The translations under genes and the position numbers were made by a program. DNA of 64,000 nucleotides, from positions 2,724 through 66,723 of the forward strand of contig JAGWKL010000006.1 in the NCBI GenBank assembly GCA_028865345.1, read 5' to 3'. Every line of letters starts with the position of its first letter. Positions within the stretch are counted from its first letter, which is position 1. A model generated the notes under the pieces. It was not told the DNA's origin and searched no databases. It saw only the letters and a program-made list of their open reading frames with translations. This stretch comes from Candidatus Omnitrophota bacterium (GTDB taxonomy: Bacteria; Omnitrophota; Gorgyraeia; Zapsychrales; Fredricksoniimonadaceae). Below are positions 8,074 through 17,118 of this stretch, piece by piece.

Positions 8074-10711
8074 AAAGGTGTGCCCCATGTATAGAAAATT
8101 CAGTATCAGTGTTCTTGCCGTATGTTTTTTTCTTTCCAGCGTCAATTTGAGTCTGGCTGCCCAGGCCATGGATGTGGCGCCGGTCGTCCCCGCGCCCGTG
8201 GCCGCGCCGGCGGATGACATCCAATCCCTGAACGAGCAGATGCTTGAGCTTGACCGCCGCAACCGCGACGAAGAGATCGCCATCCAGCAGCTGATCGATC
8301 AAAACGACGAGCTCGCCAAGGCGGCCATGGCCCGACGGCAAAATGAGAAGCTGGCCGCCATCGACCAAACCATGATCGGTTACCGTAACGCGCTTTACGC
8401 GCGCGACCGGGCCCGCATCGCGGCCAACAGTGAAAACCCGTCGCGGTACAACGAACTGATCGCCCTGACGCAGGACATGGACAACTTGACCGTGCACCAT
8501 GATCTGGAGGACAAAAGCAGCTTATTGATCGAGAAATACCAGATGCTCGAGATCCTTAAGGATGAAATGGCGCGGATGAACAAAAAACTTTCTCTCCAGG
8601 AGGGCGCGCCAAACCAGGACCAGCAAAACAAAATCCAGATGCTCGTCCGCAAACTTGGTGAGATGGACCGGCAAATCAGCCGTTTGGACGCCCTTTTGGC
8701 CGTCAAAGACCGGTTGATCGAGCAAAAGCAGCAGCAGGTGGACCTGTTGAAGTCAGAACTTGAAAAGAGGATCACACAGGAGAACCTGGGTCAGACTCCG
8801 CCGGACAACAGCGCCGCTTTGGCCGCGAAGGAAGGGCAGATCGCCCGGTTAAATCAAATGATCCGCCAACAAAAGGACCGGATAGCCATGCTGGAGCAGC
8901 ACGCCAACGCCCCTGTTTCAATCTCGACGGGCGGCATTACGGCCCTGGCGCCCATTGTTGTGAATGATGCCCAGGAGCGCTGGCGCCTGCCGGAGGCGGG
9001 CCAGGCAACGCCGGACAACAGCGCCGTCTTGGCTGCCAAGGACAGGCTGATCCGGGACAAACAGCGGCAGGTGGATTTGTTAAAATCAGAACTTGAGAAC
9101 GTGCTTGCACAGGATAACCGCGGCCAGACCCCGCTACAAGCTGCGCAGACTGAAGACCGGATCACGGATTTGAAAAATAAAATTTTAAGCCAGGCCGCCG
9201 ACCTTAAGGCCAAGGATGGCACCATCCACTGGTTGAAAAAGGTCTTGGGCGTAGCCGAAAACAAGGCGGAATATTACCGGCTGACCTCTCAGCAGGACCA
9301 GGAAGCCCGCCGTAGCGCTGCAGCAGGGGTTGAGGAGCGTTTCAAGCTGGTCAGGCAGTTGATCGCATTACAGCAGCAACAGGCCTCCTTATTGGAAGAA
9401 AAGAGCACCCTCGAGCAGGAGCAAACCGCCGCTTTTGACCGGCGATTCAAGGTTTTCGAGAATAAAATCATGGCGTTATTGGCCAGCCATCGAGTCATGG
9501 CCCTGGACTGGGAAACCCGTATGCAGGGTTTGCAGGAAATACTCAAACAAAAACAAACACAGGTGGCATCATTAAAGGCGGATTTGGAAGGCAAGATCGC
9601 CCAGGAAAAGAATCAGGGCCTGCTCGTGGAGCAGGTGCAGGATCTGACCGCCAGGCTTAAGGACAAGGAAGCGCAGATAGCCGCTATGCAGGCCCAACTC
9701 CAGCAGGGGGCGGCGGCCGGCCTCGAGGCGGACACTTTAAAGCAACAATTGGCCTCAGCACAAGATGCGGCTGACCAGTTAAAGGGGCAGCTCGACGCTA
9801 AAACAGCCGAGTCCGATCATATGGCCATGCTGATGGCCGATTACCGCAAGAAACTGGAGTCCAGCAACAATGCCTTCAATCAACAGCTTAAGCAGGTGCT
9901 GGTCTTAAATAATTATAAGGCCGAGATGGAAAAAGAAATCGAGGCCCTCAATCTCCGCCTGCAACAGAAAGAGGCCCGGGTCGCCCAAGTCAAACAACAA
10001 ATGTACGATTTACAAAATGCAATGAATGCCAAGGACATGAACATCCAGGCCAAAGACTTAAGCATGGCCATGGTTGAGCACAAGAGGATGAATGATAAGA
10101 TCAATGAATACCAGGACAAAATAGACCAGTTGCAGGCCACCAACGTCAGGGAGCTCAAGGAGATATCACAATTGAGGGGAGAGCTGGACATGGTTCGTCA
10201 AAAGACGGGAGGCCAGGCATCGAGCGACGAGCTGGATTTCCTGAGGGCGGGCCTTAAGAAAGCCACCGGCGAACTGGACCAAAAAAATCAAATGCTCGCG
10301 GAAATCAAGGCCCATGCCGCCGAGTATGAAAAAGATTTCGAAGAACAGTCGGCCGGATTCCAGACCCTGAAGGCCCAGCTGCAGGAAGCTCTGCTGGAAA
10401 TTCACCACAAGAATGAAGATTTGAAATACGACGGCATGGCCATCGCCCGCCTCAAATCCGTTTTGGATAAAGCGGATAAAAGCAAGGCAGGCAGGCTTCA
10501 GGAGCAATTGATGAACGCCGAGCAGAACATCAGGGACCTCCAGGCCCAGGTGGACCGCCTGGAATCGTCTTCCAGAAACGATGTAGCCGTACGAAAGATG
10601 GAACAGGCCGTGAATAAAATCGATGAACAGGGCCGCATCATCAATCTTTTGACCCGGAGATTGCAGGCCTGCGGGCAGAACGTGAATCTTACCAAGGAGA
10701 TCAGGGAATAA
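8057..10711 (+). CDS. Secreted 884-aa Gln/Leu/Lys/Glu-rich coiled-coil protein with internal repeats
   Basis: The signal peptide MYRKFSISVLAVCFFLSSVNLSLAAQA precedes sequence with long heptad character. A repeated unit KDRLI..KQ.QVDLLKSELE......GQTP.DNSA.LAAK occurs at about 8695-8835 and again at about 9005-9130. Confidence 0.7.
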   Translation: MASLLKKVCPMYRKFSISVLAVCFFLSSVNLSLAAQAMDVAPVVPAPVAAPADDIQSLNEQMLELDRRNRDEEIAIQQLIDQNDELAKAAMARRQNEKLAAIDQTMIGYRNALYARDRARIAANSENPSRYNELIALTQDMDNLTVHHDLEDKSSLLIEKYQMLEILKDEMARMNKKLSLQEGAPNQDQQNKIQMLVRKLGEMDRQISRLDALLAVKDRLIEQKQQQVDLLKSELEKRITQENLGQTPPDNSAALAAKEGQIARLNQMIRQQKDRIAMLEQHANAPVSISTGGITALAPIVVNDAQERWRLPEAGQATPDNSAVLAAKDRLIRDKQRQVDLLKSELENVLAQDNRGQTPLQAAQTEDRITDLKNKILSQAADLKAKDGTIHWLKKVLGVAENKAEYYRLTSQQDQEARRSAAAGVEERFKLVRQLIALQQQQASLLEEKSTLEQEQTAAFDRRFKVFENKIMALLASHRVMALDWETRMQGLQEILKQKQTQVASLKADLEGKIAQEKNQGLLVEQVQDLTARLKDKEAQIAAMQAQLQQGAAAGLEADTLKQQLASAQDAADQLKGQLDAKTAESDHMAMLMADYRKKLESSNNAFNQQLKQVLVLNNYKAEMEKEIEALNLRLQQKEARVAQVKQQMYDLQNAMNAKDMNIQAKDLSMAMVEHKRMNDKINEYQDKIDQLQATNVRELKEISQLRGELDMVRQKTGGQASSDELDFLRAGLKKATGELDQKNQMLAEIKAHAAEYEKDFEEQSAGFQTLKAQLQEALLEIHHKNEDLKYDGMAIARLKSVLDKADKSKAGRLQEQLMNAEQNIRDLQAQVDRLESSSRNDVAVRKMEQAVNKIDEQGRIINLLTRRLQACGQNVNLTKEIRE

Positions 10712-10717
10712 TTATTT

Positions 10718-11080
10718 CTAAGCAGGGACGAGGGCCTTGATTTTTTCCAAAAGGTCCTGGGCTTTGAGAGGCTTGAGAAGGTAGGCTTTGGCCCCGTAGC
10801 GCTTGAATAACGGTTCGGTTTGTGCCATGGAGGTAAGGACAATGACCGGTATTTTGGCCGTTGCGGGGTTGCTTGTTTTACGCCGGATGAAACCATATCC
10901 GTCCAGGTTGGGCATCTGGACATCCAATAAAATCAGGTCCGGGATTTTTTGCTGAAGGACGGCCAACGCCTGCACCCCGTCGCCGGCGACCATGACCTCA
11001 TAGCCGTTGGCCTGCAGCACCCGGTGGACGAGTTCCTGCGAAACACGATCGTCATCAATGACTAAAATGCATTTGGACAT
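10718..11080 (-). CDS. Single-domain CheY-like response regulator (REC only)
   Basis: The motifs ILVIDDD, LILLDVQMPNLDG and a conserved Lys region are present in a 120-aa protein with no output domain. Confidence 0.85.
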   Translation of the reverse strand: MSKCILVIDDDRVSQELVHRVLQANGYEVMVAGDGVQALAVLQQKIPDLILLDVQMPNLDGYGFIRRKTSNPATAKIPVIVLTSMAQTEPLFKRYGAKAYLLKPLKAQDLLEKIKALVPA

Positions 11081-11178
11081 TTGTTTTTTAACTCCGGTTG
11101 AATGTTTTTATCTTTTAATAAATCGGGGCGTTTGTCAATGAGTTTTTAGACTAAAAAAATATTCCGGCTGCTAAGCTC

Positions 11179-12747
11179 CTAAAAAGCCGTCCTGTCCAGG
11201 CTTCTGTAACCCACCGCCTCGGCGATGTGCCCGGGCTGGATGTCCTCGCTACCGGCCAGGTCGCTGACAGTTCTGGCCACCTTCAGGACTTTGTCATGCG
11301 CGCGGGCGGAGAGTTTTAATTCTTCCATCACTGTGAGCAATACATCTTTGGCTTCCTTGGACAACCTGCAGAACTGGCGCAGATGCGGGGTTTCCATATG
11401 GGCATTGCAGAATACGGGCAGGCCTTTGAACCTTTGCCATTGAATTTGTCTGGCCTTTGTCGTGCGTTCCTTGATGGCACAGGAAGGTTCCTCGGCCTTT
11501 GCCTCGACCAGATCGCGGGTTTTTAAAGGCAGGGCATGCAAATGGATGTCGATCCTGTCGAGGATGGGGCCGGACATTTTCTGGCGGTAGCGTTCGACTT
11601 GCAGGGAAGAGCACCTGCAGATTTTTCCTTCCACCCCGTAAAATCCGCAATTGCAGGGGTTCATGGCCGCGATAAGCATGAAACGGCTGGGAAAGCGCAG
11701 GCATGCCCTGGCCCGGGCAATGGTGACATGGCCGTCTTCCAGGGGTTGGCGCAAAACTTCCAGCACATGGCGGCTGAATTCAAGGAACTCATCCAGAAAC
11801 AGGACCCCATTGTGGGCCAGGGTGACCTCTCCCGGACGGGGTCCGGCGCCGCCGCCGATGATCGACACATCGGAAGCGGTATGATGGGGCGCACGGAAAG
11901 GCCGCTGCGTGATGATGCCTTCGGCATTTTTAAGCAGTCCGGCTACAGAATGGATTTGGGTGGTTTGCAGCATTTCCGCCGGTTTCATGTCAGGAAGGAT
12001 GGCGGGTACGCGTTTGGCCAGCATGGTCTTGCCGCTGCCGGGAGCGCCGATAAGGATCACATTGTGCCCGCCGGCGGCGGCCACTTCCAGGCCGCGCTTA
12101 ATGTATTGCTGCCCTTTGACTTCGCTGAAATCCAATGGATTGGGCCCAGGCCCTTTGAGCAGCTGCTCAAAATCCGTTTTTACCGGCGTCAGCGTCCGGG
12201 GATCCGTCAGGAAATTCATCACCTCATTTAAATGTTTTGCCGGGTAGACCGAACAGCCGGCCAGGGCCGCTTCCCTGGCGTTTTCAAAAGGGACGATGAG
12301 GCCTTTATAATTTCCGTAAGCCGCGGCCATGGCAATGGACAAAGCTCCCTGGATGGATTGAATGCGCCCGTCCAGGGAAAGTTCGCCCAAGAACGCGTAA
12401 GGGCTTAAGGAAGCAAGGGGTATCAATTCCTGCGCCGCCAAGACGCCCAGGGCAATGGCAAGATCATAATGAGGCCCTTGCTTTTTGGTGTCCGCGGGCG
12501 CTAAATTGATGGTGATCCGCTGGGCCGGGAATTCAAAGCCGCTGTTTTTGATGGCGGCGCGGATGCGCTCACGGCTTTCTTTGACGGCATTGTCCGGCAG
12601 GCCGACGACGGTGATGTTGGGCAGACCACAGCTGATGTCCACTTCAATGGCGACAGGATAAGCTTCCAGGCCGCAGAGGCCGAACGACGCAATTCGGGCC
12701 AGCATAGGGAGAACCAGAGGAAGGGGGAAGTTGAATTTTGACTTCAA
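11179..12747 (-). CDS. YifB/ComM family Mg-chelatase-like AAA+ ATPase. The likely start is MLARIASF, about 42 nt inside the ORF.
   Basis: The Walker A motif GAPGSGKTM is present and the overall YifB architecture extends into a C-terminal ChlI-like domain. Confidence 0.9.
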   Translation of the reverse strand: MKSKFNFPLPLVLPMLARIASFGLCGLEAYPVAIEVDISCGLPNITVVGLPDNAVKESRERIRAAIKNSGFEFPAQRITINLAPADTKKQGPHYDLAIALGVLAAQELIPLASLSPYAFLGELSLDGRIQSIQGALSIAMAAAYGNYKGLIVPFENAREAALAGCSVYPAKHLNEVMNFLTDPRTLTPVKTDFEQLLKGPGPNPLDFSEVKGQQYIKRGLEVAAAGGHNVILIGAPGSGKTMLAKRVPAILPDMKPAEMLQTTQIHSVAGLLKNAEGIITQRPFRAPHHTASDVSIIGGGAGPRPGEVTLAHNGVLFLDEFLEFSRHVLEVLRQPLEDGHVTIARARACLRFPSRFMLIAAMNPCNCGFYGVEGKICRCSSLQVERYRQKMSGPILDRIDIHLHALPLKTRDLVEAKAEEPSCAIKERTTKARQIQWQRFKGLPVFCNAHMETPHLRQFCRLSKEAKDVLLTVMEELKLSARAHDKVLKVARTVSDLAGSEDIQPGHIAEAVGYRSLDRTAF

Positions 12748-12878
12748 GCGGCATGGGGGCTTTGGGGGGACACCGAAGCTTCATTTGCATTTTTGCCGCA
12801 GCAAGATATAATGTAAGCCTAACATAGGGAAAAATACCTTGTCAAGCACCAAACGTTTAAGGCGCCTTAAAGCATTTC

Positions 12879-13340
12879 ATGTCTGGTTTATATCCACATT
12901 CGTTTTTTCCGGAAATTTTTCATAACCGGATCTTTTTGACGACCACGGTTGTTTGGGTCCTGGCCCAGACGATCAAGGTTTTCCTCGGGGTCCTCAGGGA
13001 AAAAAGGTTTAACTTCCGATGGTTTATCGGTACCGGCGGCATGCCTTCCAGCCACGCGGCCGGGGCCTCGTCGCTGGCTACGTCGGTGGGGCTGGAGTAC
13101 GGCTTTAACTCGCCCCTTTTTGCAGTGGCCGCGGTGTTTGCCCTGGTGACCATGTTTGACGCCCAGGGGGTTCGCCGGGCCACCGGTTATCAGGCCACCA
13201 TCCTGAACAAGATGATGGATGACATTTATTGGAAGGGCCAGATCGAGGAAGAAAAACTTAAGGAACTGGTGGGGCACACGCCCATCGAAGTTCTGGCAGG
13301 GTTTGCTTTCGGCGTTATCTGTGCTATGATTCTGTACTAA
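12879..13340 (+). CDS. Divergent PAP2 / YuiD (DUF212) family membrane protein
   Basis: The GGMPSSHAA motif is present and the family has a typical size of about 150 aa. Confidence 0.75.
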   Translation: MSGLYPHSFFPEIFHNRIFLTTTVVWVLAQTIKVFLGVLREKRFNFRWFIGTGGMPSSHAAGASSLATSVGLEYGFNSPLFAVAAVFALVTMFDAQGVRRATGYQATILNKMMDDIYWKGQIEEEKLKELVGHTPIEVLAGFAFGVICAMILY

Positions 13341-13356
13341 TGATGGAGGATTATTT

Positions 13357-14181
13357 ATGAACCAGAAAATTTTAATCGGCCTGATCGTGGGCCTTGTATT
13401 GGCGGCAGGAGCTTTCGCCGTTATTCATCACCACAACTCGGCAGCCGCTTCCCAGGAGTCGGCGGGGACCAGCGTCCCCGTCAACCAGCTTTTGACCCAG
13501 GCCGCCCAGTATGAGGCCCAGGGGAATTTATTGGGGGCCAAGCAAGATTACGACCAGATCATCAATAATTACCCGGACTATGACAAGATCCAGGATGTGC
13601 AGGACAAGCTGGGCGTGTTGAACATTAAGCTTATTTTTTCGCCGGCCCAAATCCCGTCGGACACCATATCCTATGAAGTCGTCCCCGGAGATTCCTTAGG
13701 GAAGCTTGCCGCCAAATACCATACGACGGTGCAGCTGATCAAAAGGGCCAACGGCTTGACCAGCGATGTGATACGCGCCGGCGAAATGCTGCGCATATGG
13801 ACGGCGCCTTTCACGGTGCTCGTCAACAAGTCGCAGAACGTGTTGTTCCTGAAGTCCGGGGGGGAAGTGCTCAAGATCTACCGCGTGTCGACGGGCAAAG
13901 ACAACACGACGCCGGTGGGCACCTTCAAGATCGCCACCAAGATAGAAAATCCGGTGTGGTTCAGGCCCAACGGAGCCCCCGTCCCCGCCGAAAGCCCCCA
14001 GAACGAATTGGGCACCCGGTGGATGGGGTTTAATGACCCGCATTACGGCCTTCACGGCACCATCCATCCCGACGAAGTCGGCCAGCAGGCAACGGAAGGC
14101 TGCGTGCGGATGGACAACAAGGATGTTGAAGAGCTTTTTGACATCCTTCCCGTCGGTACGGAAGTGGACATCCAGAATTAG
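13357..14181 (+). CDS. LysM domain-containing L,D-transpeptidase (YkuD family)
   Basis: A signal/TM anchor is followed by a LysM domain (YEVVPGDSLGKLAAKYHTTVQLIKRANGL). The catalytic HGT...EGCVRM motif is present. Confidence 0.85.
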   Translation: MNQKILIGLIVGLVLAAGAFAVIHHHNSAAASQESAGTSVPVNQLLTQAAQYEAQGNLLGAKQDYDQIINNYPDYDKIQDVQDKLGVLNIKLIFSPAQIPSDTISYEVVPGDSLGKLAAKYHTTVQLIKRANGLTSDVIRAGEMLRIWTAPFTVLVNKSQNVLFLKSGGEVLKIYRVSTGKDNTTPVGTFKIATKIENPVWFRPNGAPVPAESPQNELGTRWMGFNDPHYGLHGTIHPDEVGQQATEGCVRMDNKDVEELFDILPVGTEVDIQN

Positions 14182-14191
14182 GTAAACATTT

Positions 14192-15142
14192 ATGGCCACC
14201 CTCGATTTTGAAAAGCCCATCCTCGATCTGGAACATAAAATTGATGATTTGCGCCAGATGGGTTCCAAGCGCGTGACGCTCGAGCCGGAGATCAAGCGCC
14301 TGGAAGCCAAACTCGAGAAGCTCAAAAACGATGTCTACAAGAACATGACGCCCTGGCAGCGGGTGCAGATCGCCCGCCACCCCAAACGTCCTTATACGCT
14401 GGATTACATCCGCATGATGACCGATGAATTTTTGGAACTCCACGGGGACAGGCTTTATGCCGATGATGCGGCCATGATCGGCGGATTTGCAGTCATCGAC
14501 GGCCATAAGGTGATGATCGTCGGCCACCAAAAGGGCAGGGACGTCAAGGAAAACGTCATGCGTAATTTCGGCTGCGCCCACCCGGAAGGGTACCGCAAGG
14601 CGATCAGGCTGATGCGCCTGGCCGCCAAATTCCGGGTGCCGGTCGTATGCCTCATCGATACGCCCGGGGCTTATCCGGGCATCGGGGCCGAAGAGCGCGG
14701 CCAGGCCCAGGCCATCGCGGAAAATCTGCGCGATATGATGGGCCTTGCCACGACCGTCATTGCCGTCATCATCGGCGAAGGCGGCAGCGGCGGCGCTCTG
14801 GGAATAGGGGTGGCCGACCATGTCTTGATCTTGCAGCACGCGTATTATTCCGTGATTTCCCCGGAGGGCTGCGCCTCCATTCTTTGGCGCAGCTCTTTAA
14901 AAGCGCCGCTGGCCGCGGAAGCGCTGAAACTGCATGGGGAAGATTTGATCAAATTCAATATCGTGGATGAGATCATCCCCGAGCCTTTGGGAGGAGCCCA
15001 CCGGGACCCTCAGGGGGCGGCCGATTCCCTTAAAGCGGCGCTCCTGAAACTCATTAAGAAATCTTCCAGCGCCTCCCCTCAGGAACTCCTGGACGCCCGT
15101 TACCAAAAATACCGCCGGATCGGCGAATTCATCGAAAAATAA
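14192..15142 (+). CDS. accA: Acetyl-CoA carboxylase carboxyltransferase alpha subunit
   Basis: The blocks IARHPKRPYTLDYI, GFAVIDGHKVMIVGHQKG and LIDTPGAYPGIGAEERGQ are present. Confidence 0.9.
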   Translation: MATLDFEKPILDLEHKIDDLRQMGSKRVTLEPEIKRLEAKLEKLKNDVYKNMTPWQRVQIARHPKRPYTLDYIRMMTDEFLELHGDRLYADDAAMIGGFAVIDGHKVMIVGHQKGRDVKENVMRNFGCAHPEGYRKAIRLMRLAAKFRVPVVCLIDTPGAYPGIGAEERGQAQAIAENLRDMMGLATTVIAVIIGEGGSGGALGIGVADHVLILQHAYYSVISPEGCASILWRSSLKAPLAAEALKLHGEDLIKFNIVDEIIPEPLGGAHRDPQGAADSLKAALLKLIKKSSSASPQELLDARYQKYRRIGEFIEK

Positions 15143-16176
15143 TGATAAGCGATATTCGTGAGCTGTCTTTTGACGAGTTGTCCCGTTATTTTGGATCCAT
15201 CGGCGAGAAAACTTTCCGCGCCCAACAGGTGGCTGAATGGATTTACCAAAAGGGCGTCTGGTCATTTGATGGGATGACCAACCTGCCCAGACCGCTCCTG
15301 GAGAAGCTCAAGCGGGATTTTGAACTTAAAGCCAATGCCATCGCCGCAAAGCAGGTTTCCCGGGAAGGCACGACCAAGTTTTTATTTGACCTCCATGACC
15401 ATGAGAAAATTGAAAGTGTTTTGATACCGACGGCAACACGGACAACGGCCTGTATTTCTTCCCAGGCGGGATGTAAATTCGGCTGCAAATTTTGCGCCAG
15501 CGGCATCGGAGGATGGTCGAGGAATTTAACCTGCGCTGAAATCGTCACCCAGGTCCTGCATGTCAAAGAAGAGGCCTTAAAGCATAAGAGACCGTTAACC
15601 AATATCGTTTTTATGGGAACGGGCGAGAATTTTGATAACTACGATAATTTAATGAAGGCCATCCGCATCATCAATTCGGATAAAGGCATGAACATAGGCG
15701 CCAGGCACATCACCATTTCGACGGTCGGCGTTGTGCCTAAAATCAGGGAGTTGGCCCAGGAGGGGTTGCAGGTGGAATTGGCCATTTCCCTGCACGGGTA
15801 TGATAATGCGTCGAGAAATGTGCTCATGCCGGTCAATAAAAAATATCCCTTCGATGAACTGATCGCCGCCTGCCGCGAATATGTCCGACTGACCAAACGG
15901 CAGATCACGTTTGAATACATTCTTATCAAGAACGTGACTTGTACGGAGAATGCCGTACAAAATCTTAAAAAGGCTTTCAAGGGCCTGATTTGCAAAATGA
16001 ATCTTATTCCCTACAACCCCGTCTCCGAATTTGATCACAAAACTCCTTCCAAAGAAGAAATGGCTGACTTTAGAGACCGTTTGGAGGAAGCGGGAATTCA
16101 CGCCACCATCCGTACGCCCCGCGGCAAAGATGTCAATGCCGCCTGCGGGCAGTTAAGGCACCAGGCGGATCAATAA
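15142..16176 (+). CDS. rlmN: 23S rRNA/tRNA adenine-C2 methyltransferase RlmN (radical SAM)
   Basis: FRAQQVAEWIYQKGV is followed by the CKFGCKFCASG CxxxCxxC cluster and the C-terminal Cys loop GKDVNAACGQL. Confidence 0.9.
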   Translation: MISDIRELSFDELSRYFGSIGEKTFRAQQVAEWIYQKGVWSFDGMTNLPRPLLEKLKRDFELKANAIAAKQVSREGTTKFLFDLHDHEKIESVLIPTATRTTACISSQAGCKFGCKFCASGIGGWSRNLTCAEIVTQVLHVKEEALKHKRPLTNIVFMGTGENFDNYDNLMKAIRIINSDKGMNIGARHITISTVGVVPKIRELAQEGLQVELAISLHGYDNASRNVLMPVNKKYPFDELIAACREYVRLTKRQITFEYILIKNVTCTENAVQNLKKAFKGLICKMNLIPYNPVSEFDHKTPSKEEMADFRDRLEEAGIHATIRTPRGKDVNAACGQLRHQADQ

Positions 16177-16178
16177 CA

Positions 16179-16730
16179 TTATTGGGACGTGGAATTTTGC
16201 TGCTGTTGCTGGCCGGCCATCTGTTTGATCAATTCCTGCATGTGAGGATTATTCATCAACTGTTGAATGGCGGGATTGTTGGCCAGGGCCTGGTAATCAT
16301 GGCTGGTGACGGCCTGCATGACGGCAGGGTCCTGGAGCGCCTGTGCGATTTGAGGGTCTTGCGCCATTTGCATGATGATCTGCATGTCCTGGGGATTGGA
16401 CATCAACTGCTGCTGGGTGTTCGCGAGCCGCTGGTCAAAGGACGAGCCTTGAGAAGCGCCGGAGGACGCCGCGGGAGCGGCAGTACCCGCAGGCAACGTG
16501 CCGGCGGCTGCACTGCCGTTGGTGATGCTGGCCACGTCGCCGGCGGCCACATGAACGTCGCCGATGATCGGCGTTTTAATGACGTAAACGCCGTTATCGA
16601 TCCCTGAAAGAACACCTTTGATCTGTGAACCATCCTTGAGGGTGATGACCTGCTGGGCGTCATCGGCCCAAGACAAAGCGCTGACGGGCATGGCGAAAAG
16701 AGCAAGGATCAGAATATATTTAAACTGCAT
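16179..16730 (-). CDS. Hypothetical secreted Gln-rich protein, paralogue of 6803-7411 and 32531-33229. The start was chosen at MQFKYIL; the track ORF extends to 16820.
   Basis: The signal peptide MQFKYILILALFAMPVSALSWA precedes VITLKDGSQIKGVLSGIDNGVYVIKTPIIGDV and then a low-complexity Q/A/M-rich tail. Confidence 0.55.
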   Translation of the reverse strand: MQFKYILILALFAMPVSALSWADDAQQVITLKDGSQIKGVLSGIDNGVYVIKTPIIGDVHVAAGDVASITNGSAAAGTLPAGTAAPAASSGASQGSSFDQRLANTQQQLMSNPQDMQIIMQMAQDPQIAQALQDPAVMQAVTSHDYQALANNPAIQQLMNNPHMQELIKQMAGQQQQQNSTSQ

Positions 16731-16813
16731 AGTCGAAGTGTAACATCTATTGGTGCTCTTGGCAATGGGAAAACTCCCTGCTTCCCGGGAGAGTTGAAGG
16801 AGTATTGAAGGTT

Positions 16814-16842
16814 TTGACAAAAAGCGGCCGGGATGTTATATT
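16814..16842 (+). promoter_or_regulatory. Sigma70-type promoter for the tRNA pair, TTGACA-17 nt-TATATT with an extended -10
   Basis: TTGACA lies at 16814-16819, followed by a 17-nt spacer and TATATT at 16837-16842, about 38 nt upstream of tRNA-Ala. Confidence 0.5.
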
Positions 16843-16879
16843 GGCTTCTTCTTTGCAGGCTTGGATCTGGCCGAGGTTT

Positions 16880-16954
16880 GGGGCTGTAGCTCAGTTTTGG
16901 GAGAGCGCTTCAATGGCATTGAAGAGGTCAGGGGTTCAATCCCCCTCAGCTCCA
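16880..16954 (+). tRNA. tRNA-Ala, anticodon GGC
   Basis: A manual cloverleaf gives acceptor GGGGCTG/CAGCTCC (one G-U pair), a GCTC/GAGC D-arm, the anticodon stem CTTCA/TGAAG with loop AT-GGC-AT, and a T-arm AGGGG-TTCAATC-CCCCT. CCA is not encoded. Confidence 0.9.
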
Positions 16955-16964
16955 CTTTTATTTT

Positions 16965-17048
16965 GCCAAGGTGGCGGAACTGGTATACGCGCTGGTCTCA
17001 AAAACCAGTGGTCTCACGGCCGTGTGGGTTCAACTCCCACCCTTGGCA
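16965..17048 (+). tRNA. tRNA-Leu, anticodon CAA (class II with a long variable arm)
   Basis: The acceptor is GCCAAGG/CCTTGGC, the anticodon stem-loop is CTGGT-CT-CAA-AA-ACCAG, the variable arm is long, and the T-arm is GTGGG-TTCAACT-CCCAC. Confidence 0.9.
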
Positions 17049-17080
17049 CTTTCCATTGTAAACCCCTAAAGTCATCGTAG

Positions 17081-17109
17081 TTGACAATCCTTTCCGCCTC
17101 GTCTATCAT
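17081..17109 (+). promoter_or_regulatory. Putative sigma70 promoter, TTGACA-17 nt-TATCAT, immediately upstream of the cysteine desulfurase gene
   Basis: TTGACA lies at 17081-17086 and TATCAT at 17104-17109, which would give a near-leaderless transcript for the ATG at 17119. Confidence 0.4.
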
Positions 17110-17118
17110 GGTCTTCTT

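Noticed and set aside
16855-17060. tRNA genes as an integration hotspot or genomic-island border
   Set aside because: No integrase, direct repeat of a tRNA 3' end or atypical-composition block flanks the tRNAs. The neighbours are rlmN-side and iscS housekeeping genes.
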